A stretch of 64,000 bases of DNA, from positions 620,001 to 684,000 of the forward strand of contig CAJFCJ010000017.1 in the NCBI GenBank assembly GCA_904063045.1, read 5' to 3'. Below the pieces are notes generated by a model. That model was not told the DNA's origin and searched no databases. It worked only from the letters and a program-made list of their open reading frames with translations. Of the stretch, positions 50,843 through 62,707 are shown one piece after another (the first letter of the stretch is position 1; each line of letters opens with the position of its first letter). The stretch comes from Dimorphilus gyrociliatus. Lineage: Eukaryota; Animalia; Annelida. Both the position numbers and the translations under genes were made by a program.

Positions 50843-51444
50843 TATATCGCTCGATAAAATTAAAGATTATGCACAATCAGGAAACTTTGCTTCATGTATA
50901 ATAAATTAATAGTTGAATAGACTAATTATGACTTTCGAAAGTGATTTACTTAGTCTGGGTGGGTGACAATTTCCCTAAATTTAGTTTTAACTAGAATAAA
51001 GTATGTGCGGTTAACTTTCAAAGAACTACAACCATTTTGAACTTGCGATCCGAATTTGCATTTACTTCGGTCCTAGCCGGAATTTCCGGTCTGAGAAAAT
51101 GATTACTGAATATCAACTTCCCCAAAGAAATGCTGATGTTATCATAAAGTGTCTTTCAGACCGAGAACTAACTAGTGCATACATCTCGGTGAATTGGCCA
51201 TAAGCCATTATATAATCAAAAGTTAGAATTAAATCGCTGAAGAAGTAGCTATTTTCCATAAAATCCAAGTAGTACACTCCCTTGTAGATTTATAAATTGG
51301 CGGTAAAAACTTGGAAATGAAGCGGAAACCACTTTATGGGACAAGGTACCAGACAAAGCTAGGGTCATGTAAACAGGTAACAAGCTTGTGTTTTGGCATG
51401 TATGCGGTATTATTGTCTCTGGTGTAAAAAATCTTTTTAAACAA

Positions 51445-53868
51445 ATGGATCGTTATAAAGGACAAAGTAGCAAAAATCAATCCAAGAAAAATTCCACGGT
51501 AGAAGATATTTGTAATCTAGTAAAAAAAAGAGGCTTATTTGACAAAATAAGAAAGGAGGTTTTTAAAGATGCAGAAAATTCGGTCTGTTTTCTATTGGAA
51601 ATTAATGAAATGTTAGCGATTAAACATTCCCTTACATTTAACTAGCCTGATTTAGAGAGATTAAAGAGCCGTGTTCGGGATTACGTTGAATCTTTCACAG
51701 CTAATGTCCGTTGGCATCCAGGTTTAAATAGAAGCAAATTAAGGGAAGAATTGAAACAAGAATTGATGAAGTAAGTGTGATTACTATTGAAATATTCATA
51801 CTAAATTTAAAAAATAATATATACTTATGTTTAATAGATTCTAAAGCTGTAATATGCAATATTGCTATTTGATACATTATACTTGTGATCCTAAATTTTA
51901 ACCTTTCTATTTAAAATCTTTTGTTAAACACAGATCTAAAACATTAAGTAGAGGAGTCGACAACATTATTCGTGATCATTTAAGACCAACAGTTAACAAA
52001 TACAGGTTTTAAAAAAGTTAATAAATATTAGTACAAAACACTTATTTTCTACTGTCAAACTCTTAGAAAAGATCATGACAAAATAGCTTGCGAAGTTTTT
52101 GACGTAACTTTCGAGGATTTTGAATCAAGAGATAAATATTTTACGGAATATGAAAGAAATCAAATTGGAGGTAGTTATTCCATTAATTTTAATTTCTTCT
52201 AAATATTTCTCTTAACGATTTCTTCATCTCTAGAACCATATTATACACCGAATACCACTGCTCATCCACCCCCTTCGTTAAGAGGTCCTCCTTCAGCTAC
52301 AAATACGCCTGTAAACCTGTCACCTGGGGCTGCTATTCATCCTATTCCACAGCAGAATGTTTTTCGTAATTATCTGTTTTTAATCTTTTATCTTTTTAGT
52401 AAAATGATTCTTTCTTCTCTAATCAGCATCACCTCCAAGTATTCCTAGAATGCCTTCAAATATCATACCTAATATGGGATGGTCGAATCAACCGCCATGT
52501 CCGCCTGTCGTTCTGCCGCCTCCAGAGGACATAGGTCCCAATATAAAGCCACCTTTACCACCATTACCACCACCATCTCCTCCAAAGCCAGATACTCCTC
52601 CTCCTCCACCTGAACAACCGCCCGCGCCTCCTGTTGAGGAGGAGACTATCTATGAACAAATGGAAACTCAAATTATTTCATCTTTCGAAAACAAACTACC
52701 TGACCACATTAAGCTTGAAGATAATTTAATAGAGACACCGAAAACAGAGAATTTAGGCGTTAGTCACGAGGACGTAGATATGGATATTGATACAGATGAA
52801 GAGAAACCGTTGATTATGCCAGATATACCAAAAGAAGACGTTGCTAAAGATGACGAGAAACAAAAAGAAGAGAAAATTTCTCCATGGAAAAATCAAGTTG
52901 CTCAATTTGAGGATTTACAACTCAGCGATGTGACTGTAAGCTCTGTCCACACAAGTGACATATCTCTCACTTCGTCTGATGATGATAAAGATGTTGAAAA
53001 AACAAAAACTCCCGAGCAGAAAAAAGAAAAGAAAGAAAAGAAGAAACGAAAGAAGCAAGAAACTGTGGCAGAAAGGCATTGTAGACCACAACGCAAACGA
53101 ATCGTCAACAGAAAATATGCTTCAAAAGATTTTTCGTCATTTTATAACGAATTAGAAAATACAGATTCCGATGCGGACAACAAAGTAACATCTACGTCCT
53201 CTAAAGATAAGAAGCCTCAAAAACAAAGCCCATACTCTTCGTCGACACCTTCTCCCTACTATGTCGCTGAGGAACAAGCAGAAGCTGCACCTAAAAAACT
53301 GGAACGAACGACAAAAAATCCAGAGGTTGATACACCTAAAGAGGAAAAACCAGCCAGAGAACCATCTCCTAATCCGAAAGGTAGCTCTAAACGATACGAC
53401 TCATCAGATTTGTACAAACCACGCACAAGCCTACGTCGATCTCGTCGACAATCGTCTCCAAAGTTCGATGATACTGATGTTTACGCCCCATATAGAGGAT
53501 CTGAAAGGGCTAAGTCTAATAATAAAACTGTTTCGAGAAGATCATCCTCAAAATCTGAATCCAAAAAGTCAAATATCAACACGCCAGACTCTCCTGTTGC
53601 AAACGAACCCACTGAATCAAGTACTGCGATTAAAACTAGACTGGGTCAACGTTCATCAGGTATTCCCACAGATCCCAGAAAGAAAGCTAAAGAAAAAGTT
53701 TACGAAAGTGTATCCGAAGGGGAATTAATTGATGATGATGATGAGAAAGATATTAGGAAAGAGAAGAAAACTCAAAAAGTAACTAAGCCTCCAAGACGAA
53801 AGTCGGAAGAGGAAGAGGGCGAAATAACTGATGGATCTCTATCTTCCATATCGTTAGACCCTATTTAG
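51445..53868 (+). CDS. BOD1L1: BOD1/BOD1L-like protein (Shg1 domain + Pro-rich and acidic tail)
   Basis: VKKRGLFDKIRKEVF..LKSRVRDYVESF..WHPGLNRSKLREEL..RGVDNII, the BOD1/COMPASS-Shg1 signature; long low-complexity last exon. Confidence 0.72.
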
Positions 53869-54320
53869 GAAGCTCCATAATAGATTAGTCTCTCATATTG
53901 CGTAACAAATCACATTTCTACACTAAACATCAAAAAAAAAAACTTGGAAGAAAATCCACGAGGTAGTTAGCGGATAGCAAGAAATAAATAACAATTCATA
54001 AACTTGAAAAACATTTGATTTACAATTCTTTTTAATATCTAAGTGAAAGAATGAAATTAAGATCATTCGAAGAAAAGAAAAGGCTTTATATTTATTCGTT
54101 ATGAATATTATAGTGTCAAAAAAAAAGAAAGAAAACAAAAACTATTAAAAAATTGTTTTTTTTTTCTTCTATAAAGTCAATTGGTTGTTTATAAAATAAA
54201 CTAGAAGTTTAATTTGTAGCTCTTTTTTATGCAAAGAAAATAAAATGTTATGAAAGATGAACTAAACAAACAAAAACAAACAATAATCAATTTCTTTTTA
54301 TAGTAGTATATACTGTATAC

Positions 54321-55397
54321 TTATTTATCGGCTGATACATCTTGTCTCCATATAAATTCCTTATTGTAAATATTTGAATTACAATTTTTTGAACATGTAT
54401 ATATTGCTAAAATACCCCAGTCTAACCCTTTATCGTCTTTTTCATCAATTTCTAAATAGTTAATAAGTTGAGGCATTATTTGAAATTCAAATTGCCTTCT
54501 AGTCCCACATTTACATGGAGAAATATCTTTGTAAGACACTTTATTCTCGGAAGAAATCCACAACGGTTCACCATCTAAATTATATCGAATAATTTGATCA
54601 GGTTGCAATTTGATAACATTTCTAAAGTTTGAGAAAGCTTCATCTTCTGTTCTTGAAACAAAATTTTCCAAATCTTTTTCTTTTAAACTATTGTTAAGCT
54701 CTTCAACTTTGCTATCATTGTCATTCTCATCAGCCTCGTCTTCACTTTCAAGTTCAGTTAAATCTTCTTTTTCATGAATTATTTCAAATTCGGGAAAATG
54801 GAAATCTTTTATTTGAACTTTATTGGCGACAGTCTCTGGTTGTTTACATTCTTTTTTATGACCAGATTTCCAGTGAATTAGTTGGTGTTTTTTACAGCAA
54901 TAAGATACTTTCTTACATATTCCACAGCTTAATGGGCCATGAACTCCGCAAGAAGAACATAACTTTTGAAAGTTTTCTGCTTTTGGATAGTCAGAAGATA
55001 AATCAAATTTAAAGTCATCTTCCTCGTCTTCATTCACTAATGGCGATTCTGAGTAAAACTCATTTTTTTGAGGCAACTGACATCTTAGGACTACAAAGTT
55101 CCCATTAGTATTGGGTCTAGAACATTCGTTATTTCGGCAAACGAAAACAAAAAGGGTTCTATGAAAACAATCATCTCTATCTTCAATTGGAGCATATAGT
55201 TGCAGTAAGAATGAACAAGGCTCTTCACAGTATTCGCAGAGAATATCCTTACACTCAGGGATGCCTTTAAGGGCAAGCCAAGAAGGCTTTCCTCCAAGTT
55301 TACTTGGGAAGAAAGGGCTAACAAGCTTCCATTCTTGATTAACAGGACATTTTTCGGCAAAGCCTAAATCCACATGTTTTTCGGCTGCAGACGCCAT
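54321..55397 (-). CDS. PDCD2: Programmed cell death protein 2 (MYND finger, uS5 chaperone), intronless
   Basis: VDLGFAE..FPSKLGGKPSWL; FLLQLYAP; FHRTLFVFVC; MYND CSSC..CGIC..YCCKKHQLIHWKSGHKKEC; FEFQIMPQL; DWGILAIYTC. Confidence 0.93.
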   Translation of the reverse strand: MASAAEKHVDLGFAEKCPVNQEWKLVSPFFPSKLGGKPSWLALKGIPECKDILCEYCEEPCSFLLQLYAPIEDRDDCFHRTLFVFVCRNNECSRPNTNGNFVVLRCQLPQKNEFYSESPLVNEDEEDDFKFDLSSDYPKAENFQKLCSSCGVHGPLSCGICKKVSYCCKKHQLIHWKSGHKKECKQPETVANKVQIKDFHFPEFEIIHEKEDLTELESEDEADENDNDSKVEELNNSLKEKDLENFVSRTEDEAFSNFRNVIKLQPDQIIRYNLDGEPLWISSENKVSYKDISPCKCGTRRQFEFQIMPQLINYLEIDEKDDKGLDWGILAIYTCSKNCNSNIYNKEFIWRQDVSADK

Positions 55398-55708
55398 CCC
55401 TTAAAACTGGTAGGATAAAGAGAGGATTACTGTCTTTTAGTAAAAATTTAACAGAATTTTTCAGTGTTGAACTAGGGACCAGTTAATTCAATGTGTTTTA
55501 CTTTTATAGGTAAAATATACTCGTCATTGCTACAAACTGGTAGTAGATATTATTAATATTTGTGTTCTTTAATAAAAAGAAAATCCGTGATTAATTAAAA
55601 ATCTTGAGTATAGGGAAACACGTAACATTAGTGTATTTCTATATAGCATTCTTGATGTTCACGTCTTGTTAGTAATTTCCAAATAACTAAAAAAAATAAT
55701 CAGCTGAA

Positions 55709-56110
55709 ATGGATGATAATAAATCAACAAGCGAAAATTCAGAAATTCCCAAATCACCTACAACTCCAACCCCGAAAGGAGATAAAGGCAATAAATGATA
55801 TATTTAAAATTTACAATATAAAATTCTTACGATTAAAATTTATTCAACAGTGGATATATTATTGAAGAACGTCGGATCTGCTCCAATTTTGACAAAGAAA
55901 AAATGGGCAGTTGCTCGAAGTAAAACAGTTTCCGAGATTGTAGAATTTGTCCGAAAGCTTTTAAAACTCGAACAAAGCCAAACTCTCTTCCTTTATGTTC
56001 AGCAATCATTTGCACCAGCTCCTGATGTTGAGATTGGCACTTTATATGACTGCTTCGGATCTAACTCTCGTTTAGTATTTCAATATTGTCTAACAACTGC
56101 TTGGGGCTAA
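55709..56110 (+). CDS. ATG12: Ubiquitin-like autophagy protein ATG12
   Basis: Exon 1 55709-55787, GC-AG intron 55788-55850, exon 2 VDILLKNVGSAPILTKKKWAV..LFLYVQQSFAPAPD..LYDCFG..YCLTTAWG*. Confidence 0.94.
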
Positions 56111-56365
56111 TAAGCCTAAAATTTTTTAATATCGAATGACATTTTTAACATTGTATTAAAATATATATAAGCTATTTTATTAATAGATAATTGGTTAAAA
56201 ACACAAAATATCCCATTTCAATCTCAGTTGCATTAAAATTTAAAAGCATTCAAGATACGACCTAATATCATCAATTTTATTTTGATAAGATACACAAATC
56301 TAAACTATTAAAGATAAGGTAATGGGCGTTAACTAATAACTAATTAAGCATAAAATCAATCAACG

Positions 56366-58107
56366 ATGGAACAAAATGATCGGCAGGAAATTATAGGAAA
56401 TGATGTTCTGTCAAATGAGCAGACAAATGAACAAGTAAATGATGAAAAGAGTGAAAAGAAGGTTTTTTCTTTTTGAATCAAATATCATTAAGGATTTAGG
56501 GACTGTAAATATATTTAGATCCAGGATAAGGGACTATCATTGCCATTGACAGCTTTCTTCATTATAGGAGATATTGCAGGTAGTGGAATGCTGGCCCTAC
56601 CAAAAGCATTCGACAATGCGGGTTTCATAGGTCCAGTGTTACTGTTATTGGGAGCTTTGTCATCAGGATACAATGGAATTAGGCTCGGTCAGTGTTGGAT
56701 GATAATCAAAAGACGATATCCAAATTTAGGAGAGCATATTCGAAATCCTTATGCTACAATTGGAGAGAAAGCATTTGGTTCAAAAATGGCGTACTTAAAT
56801 TTAAATAATTATTTTTTCACTGGTTAAATCTCTTCAACAGTTATTCAATTTTTTTTCAGTATATTTGTAACAATCTGCGCAAATATATCACTCGTAGGAG
56901 GCTGTACAGTCTTTTTACTAATAACAAGCGAAAATATTCAATCAATGCTTCAAAATGGATTTAAAGCTAATATTTCATTTTGTTTTTGGATACTGATTAT
57001 AGGCGGATTACTCATTCCTTGTTGTTGGTTTGGATCACCAAAGAATTTCAAGTAAATAAATATAACAAATATACTCTAAATCTCAATACCATCATTTGAT
57101 AGATTGATAGGAATAATTGCAGCAATGGCTACTATTATTGCAACGTTTACAATCAGTTCTGATATAATTGTTTACAAAGTAAAGCATAAACCTAAATTGG
57201 AATTCTCTAATACAAAAGTTGTAAATCTATTTCTTGCATTTGGAACAATAATGTTTGCTTTTGGAGGAACGGCAACATTTCCAACAATACAACACGATAT
57301 GAATAAACCAGAAAAGTTTCATATATCAGCGACATTCTCTTATATTGGTATTAATAATTATTGAAAATTTATAGTATACCTATATAGATTAAATGATTAT
57401 TTTTATGATATTTCACAGGTATTTTATCAATGTATCAATTAGTAGCATTACTAGGTTATTATACTTTTGGTAATCAGTTAGTTGATAACATTCTAAAGAG
57501 TTTATCTATTGGATGGTTAAGATACACTTCAGAAATATTAATAACAATTCATTTAATATTCGCATTTGTTATTAATTCAAACCCAGTGTTCCAAACTGTT
57601 GAGCATATCCTAAAGATTCCAACAAGTATATTTTATCTATTATTCAATACATTGCTTTAATAATAATATAAATAAATTAAATATAGATTTTAATTGGAAG
57701 AGATGCATAATTAGAACAGTTGTTATACTATTCATCATTTTCGTGGCAGAAACAATACCAAAATTTGGAGCCTTGCTATCTCTAGTTGGAGGTACATCAA
57801 CAGCATTCTTAACGTTTGTTGCTCCAAGCATGTTCTATTTAAAATTATGTTCTTCAAAAGGAGATTGGCAAGAAATGTATGTTGAATTAATTGAAATATT
57901 CTACAAATAAGCACACGAATAAACACAAACTTTTTCAGCAAAGTACCACTTCATCACAAAGTCATATGCTGTCAACTAATGATAATTGGAACATTAGGAG
58001 GAATTGCCACAACATATTCCGCTATATCAACAATTAGCAGTTCAAAAACATTTTTCCTACCATGTTATGTTAACATAACAGCCGCTGATCTTGCAGTTAA
58101 TCCCTAA
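56366..58107 (+). CDS. Amino-acid transporter, Aa_trans/AAAP family (SLC32/36/38-AVT1-like)
   Basis: [18 protein letters not shown]; [10 protein letters not shown]; [25 protein letters not shown]; [12 protein letters not shown]; about 11 TM segments across multiple exons. Confidence 0.88.
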
Positions 58108-58392
58108 TATTATTACAAACTTTTTATTATTTCAACAAAAAAAGGAAATATTCATGTTTCTCTTTGACAACAAATATAGCAAGCTAGAAAATCAATCTCT
58201 ATACATAAGAAAATAAACATTATTGCAAATGGTTACAGAATACACTTGTATAGGATGAAATTTTCTATAGGTTTCACTCCGTGTTTCAAAGACAAAAGTG
58301 TCTTATATATCATAAAATATTGTGTAATAGATATAATTAAAAATACCGACTGAATTTATTTCAAAAAAGATATCAAATATATAGTTCTGCAA

Positions 58393-60356
58393 TCAAGTTT
58401 CAATTTCATTACTCTTTATCGACGTTGAATCTGCGTATTCTTCGGTAAGAACCTCTCTATCATCGATGAGATTCTAAAAAAATATAATATATTTTATCCC
58501 TTAAAGAAAAAGTATTATTTTAATATTTACTTGATATTTGTCCTGTCTTTTTATGTATAATGAAAAGAAAATGAAACAAGATATAAGAAGGAAAAGGCAT
58601 CCTAAACCAATGCAAAACCATCTTAAAATTCCCAATATCTTCATGGGAGTAATTGCTTCTTGCTTCATCAAATTTATAGCTTTATCGTCAGCTTTAGCAC
58701 TCTATAATTAAATGATTGAATATAAAGATAAAAAATAAATGATTTTATCTTAAAAACTAACTTCATTTAACCAAAATAATGGGAAAATCACTGGCGTGTC
58801 GATATTTTCTGTTTGCCTGAAAAGTGATAAACAATAGTAAAGAATCTAAACTAAAATTTTAGAACTTACAATATTCCATATTGTCCTATTTTAGTCAGAT
58901 AAGCATTTATTTGAATCTTCTTAGCAACATTCATAGAAACACCAGTATTTGGTTCAATCTCTAGAAATGTTTGATGTTCACCTGACTTTGGGGTCATTCC
59001 ATTAACACCATAGATATATTTTGTGGATGCTTGAAAGAAATGGGGCTGAGAGACAACAAGTGGAGCACCGGCTCTAACTCTTGATATATTTAAAACTCCT
59101 GAATCAAGGCATCCAGGTGTACAGAAGCACCTATTATCCGGATTAATGGTAATATTTCCCAAAGTGTGAAACGGGGCAGTAAAACGGTATAGCTTTATTC
59201 CCTTAAGGTTGGTTTCGCTTTCATAAGTGGTGCATATTGAACGACCCAAATCTCCAGTAAACACACAAGGTGAAGAATTTTTGGTCACTCCAGGCGGATA
59301 TAGAGAACCATCAGAACCATTTAACATGTTACAATACCGTGTGTTCCAATATGGTAAATATTTATTATAATTATACGTTACGTATTGACCAATTTCATTT
59401 ATATTTTTCGTACCCGACATAATTTCGTAGACACCATCATCAGTACCATTTATTGCTTTACCTATGTAAAATATTCCAAATGTTTCCATTGTTTTCAGTT
59501 CCTCTTCGAATTTCTTTAAGAATGCTTTTAATATTGGAAACTTTTTAATTAATTTTTCAATATCCTCAGCCAATTTATCAATGATTGGTATTTTATAACC
59601 CCAAAAAAATTCGCGAATTGTATGTCTTTCGAATAAATTTATATGTATATCTTCCAATATTGTTTTAACACCGATTTGAAGAAAACTACTCGAAATAGAC
59701 CCATTTAATTTAGCCAACACTGTCTATATTTTTTGAGGAGGAAGAAAGAGAAGAACATAATTTAAATGGAACATTTATGATTGAAAATATAATAAATTTA
59801 CAAACCAGCAATGGTAGGTTTATGACATTAACTTCATTGTCAATTTGCTCATTAGATAACTGAGGCTGAAATACATATGCTTTATCTTCTCTATAAAAAA
59901 TTGTGCCATTTGCATTAAAAGATAAATTTCGCTTGTCTCTTATTTCTCTACGAAAGTTAAATGTTGTGTGATAACATTCCATACACTGTATATTGTAATT
60001 TACTTACAAGTATACAAAAGGACCAATCTGTGTCATATTAGCCTTTTCCTTACCGGCTATAAATTCTTCTGGATTTGTACAATTCCAATACCAGAATTCC
60101 ATATAAACAGGAACTGGTGGCTTCTCCCAATTTTTACCCGAAGAGCTAGTATTCTTGAGCGGTAGTTTCTAAATATATAAGATGGTTATTATCTCTTATA
60201 ACAAGATGAAGCACTTACATCTCTTATCTGGTTATCTATAATATAGGGAAATAATGCTAATGAAGAAAGTCCAAAAGCGACCAGAATGAACCCAAGTGCA
60301 GTCATAAGTATTGCCGTAGCAAGGGGACAAGAACAAGTTCTGCCTTTTCTATCCAT
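58393..60356 (-). CDS. CD36-family scavenger receptor class B (SCARB/LIMP-2-like)
   Basis: N-terminal TM after TCSCP; WEKPPVPVYMEFWYWNCTNP; GPFVY; CNMLNGSDGSLYPP; CFC..CLDSGVLNIS; PLVVSQPHF; FLEIEPNTG; C-terminal TM and short tail. Confidence 0.92.
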
Positions 60357-60709
60357 TCTTGACAAATCAGTGACTCAACAACTGATTTATCTCGTAGTTC
60401 TTAGAACTAACTTGAATGCTAATTTAACAGTAATGGTTTTCAGTTACATCAGTTTTTATTTGTCAAGTGGGAGATAACAGAATGTTTTTTTCTATGTATC
60501 ATGTGACTTCATGGATACTACCAACATTTGGAATTAGTTTCAAATAGATTCGAATTCGAAAACTGGTAAAGCTGATTTCGTAGGCGTGGATCCCTCGTGC
60601 ATTATAATACAATAAGGAAAAAGCTCATTCAGTTAATTAAATAGTGTAGATTCTTAATTAGCTTCGAGCTAACTGAAATTTCTCGTATTAGACGTCAGGT
60701 TTACAGAGA

Positions 60710-61234
60710 ATGCCTTTTCCTAGTCTACCTGAACTCTTCTTCAAACGACGTTCAAAAGAATTCGAAAAGTCAAATTCAACTGTTACAGATTCTCTATTTA
60801 TGGAATTGGAATATCAAATTAAAAAAATCGAATATCAACAAAGAAATCGACTAAAAGAAGAAAAGCTTAAGAAAGCATCTGCAAACTATAAATGGCTTAT
60901 GACATCGAATTTAAAGCCATACAAATTATCTCAATCCGACAGAGAAGATTTGAAAGGATATTTTAAACAAATTCAACAAAGTGAAAGACAAAGAGTGATA
61001 ATATTATTCAGGAATGGTTTGATACTAGAAAAAGATCCTAAAAACTTAATAAATACAATGAAGTTTTCAATTGAACAAGTGCTAAGAGAAAGACCTAAAG
61101 AAGAAATTATTGGCGTACGCCAACACAAGTATTTATGGAAATTAATGAATTTTATGCCATCTGCAAGAGTTACTCCAACTATCTCTAAAGCAGAGTTAAA
61201 TCAATCTAAATCTTGTGCTAGCTTGAGAATATAA
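60710..61234 (+). CDS. RD3: RD3 (retinal degeneration 3) family protein, intronless
   Basis: DSLFMELEYQIKKIEYQQR; ANYKWLMT; YKLSQSDREDL; VIILFR; SIEQVL, aligning with recalled human ETLMMELTGQMREAERQQR, VDYSWLAS, YDLSPIERLQL, AILRFR, VLQEVL. Confidence 0.8.
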   Translation: MPFPSLPELFFKRRSKEFEKSNSTVTDSLFMELEYQIKKIEYQQRNRLKEEKLKKASANYKWLMTSNLKPYKLSQSDREDLKGYFKQIQQSERQRVIILFRNGLILEKDPKNLINTMKFSIEQVLRERPKEEIIGVRQHKYLWKLMNFMPSARVTPTISKAELNQSKSCASLRI

Positions 61235-61766
61235 ATACTTATTATTTATATTAAATTATCTTTATATATACCAATTATCAGCGCAAAACCGGTAAATAAG
61301 ATAAGGTAAGACGATGAAAGGCCATTTACCATAAAAAAGAACATTAGTGTGCAAAAACAACTTAAATACACAGACTTATTCACCATGTTAATTAGTTCAA
61401 ACCGAGATTTACATAATTGCAGTTTATGTTACACTATTTGCATGATGATATTGTTATCAAACCCACCCTTTTCCCTCCTCTAATGCCAATTTCTATATTT
61501 ACTTGGTAAATATGTTGTCAAGCCGATGGATTTATTGATGAAGCTGTACAAAATAAAGAAATACACTGTTTTCCAAACTATATTTGATCAATCACTAACA
61601 AACAAGAATAAATAGAGGTTTGGTTATCTAAAAAAGTATAAGTTTATCATACCACTTTAATAAAATGACTTTTAGCGTAAACAAGTACTTATAACAATGA
61701 AAGCGTTAATTGACTAAGTTATTAAATGCTACAACAACAAACTCTGTGTTCCATAAACCAAAATGA

Positions 61767-61780
61767 ATTACCATGGCAAT
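61767..61780. promoter_or_regulatory. Near-palindromic RFX X-box
   Basis: ATTACCATGGCAAT, 12/14 to GTTACCATGGCAAC. Confidence 0.4.
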
Positions 61781-62707
61781 CATCCATACCAATAACAATT
61801 ATTATTACTACTATAACAAAGAGCAATACTATCTAATACATTAGGCTAAAGATTCTTTTTTTATATACAATATTTATGAGCAGACTTACTCAAAAACACA
61901 ATATGTTTATTTGAAATACTCGTAGCTAGGTTTCTCAGTCTTACTCATGTTCCCTATTAGTTCATTAAACATTAATCTTTATTTTAATTAAGCTGGAAGA
62001 AAAGTTTCCTTTAGAATGTCTTCGTTTTCAGGTGATTGTATGTAAATATATTTCTCGAGACAACTTGAATAGGAGTATGTGGAGGACAATAGCAAATAAA
62101 AAAAATTAATTCTGTATATATATATATACAATTTTCTGAATTCTGATCAGATATATTTAAAGTAAATATTTATTGTTGCATTCTACGATCTTGTTCAAAT
62201 TGTTTATCTTCTAGCTTTCGAATTCTGAAACCTGATATAAATAAGAATATTTCGTCCGCTATTCCTTACTCCTATTTTATCGCTCCTCATGAATTGAAAT
62301 ATAAACTTTACATTCGATATCTCTACTCTAGGTATTTTACTCAAATTTTATTATAATTCGTTGTTATCCCTATCGATTTGATAATAATTTAAATAAACTA
62401 CCGATCGGCAAACTTTTTTGGGTCCAAAGTTAAAGGAACAAGATACCAGCAGATGCAATATGATGCATGAGGGTGTTTTAAATATGTTTAATGAACTAGC
62501 GCATATGTGATACAGGCTTGCTGGTACAGGAAGTATATTTATTTAACCCAGAAAGCACAACTTCAGTTCACATTCTGCTTGGGACAGTTGTGAATGGAAA
62601 ATTTCTTTAAGAATCTCTAGTTACTGCAAAGAAATATTCGGAAATTTATACCATTTTCCTCAGCCAAAACTGGATAATCACAAAAATTATCGAACTTTGC
62701 AGATAGA

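Noticed and set aside
51088-51162. RNase P RNA (GGTCTGAGA and TTCAGAC resemble the P4 strands)
   Set aside because: Strands only about 70 nt apart versus well over 150 needed; CR-II to CR-IV absent.
60700-62707. Spliced-leader trans-splicing suggested by acceptors just before several ATGs (RD3, ankyrin, calpain, RNF19)
   Set aside because: Plausible upstream cis donors exist (e.g. near 60566 and 48195), so ordinary 5' UTR introns suffice.
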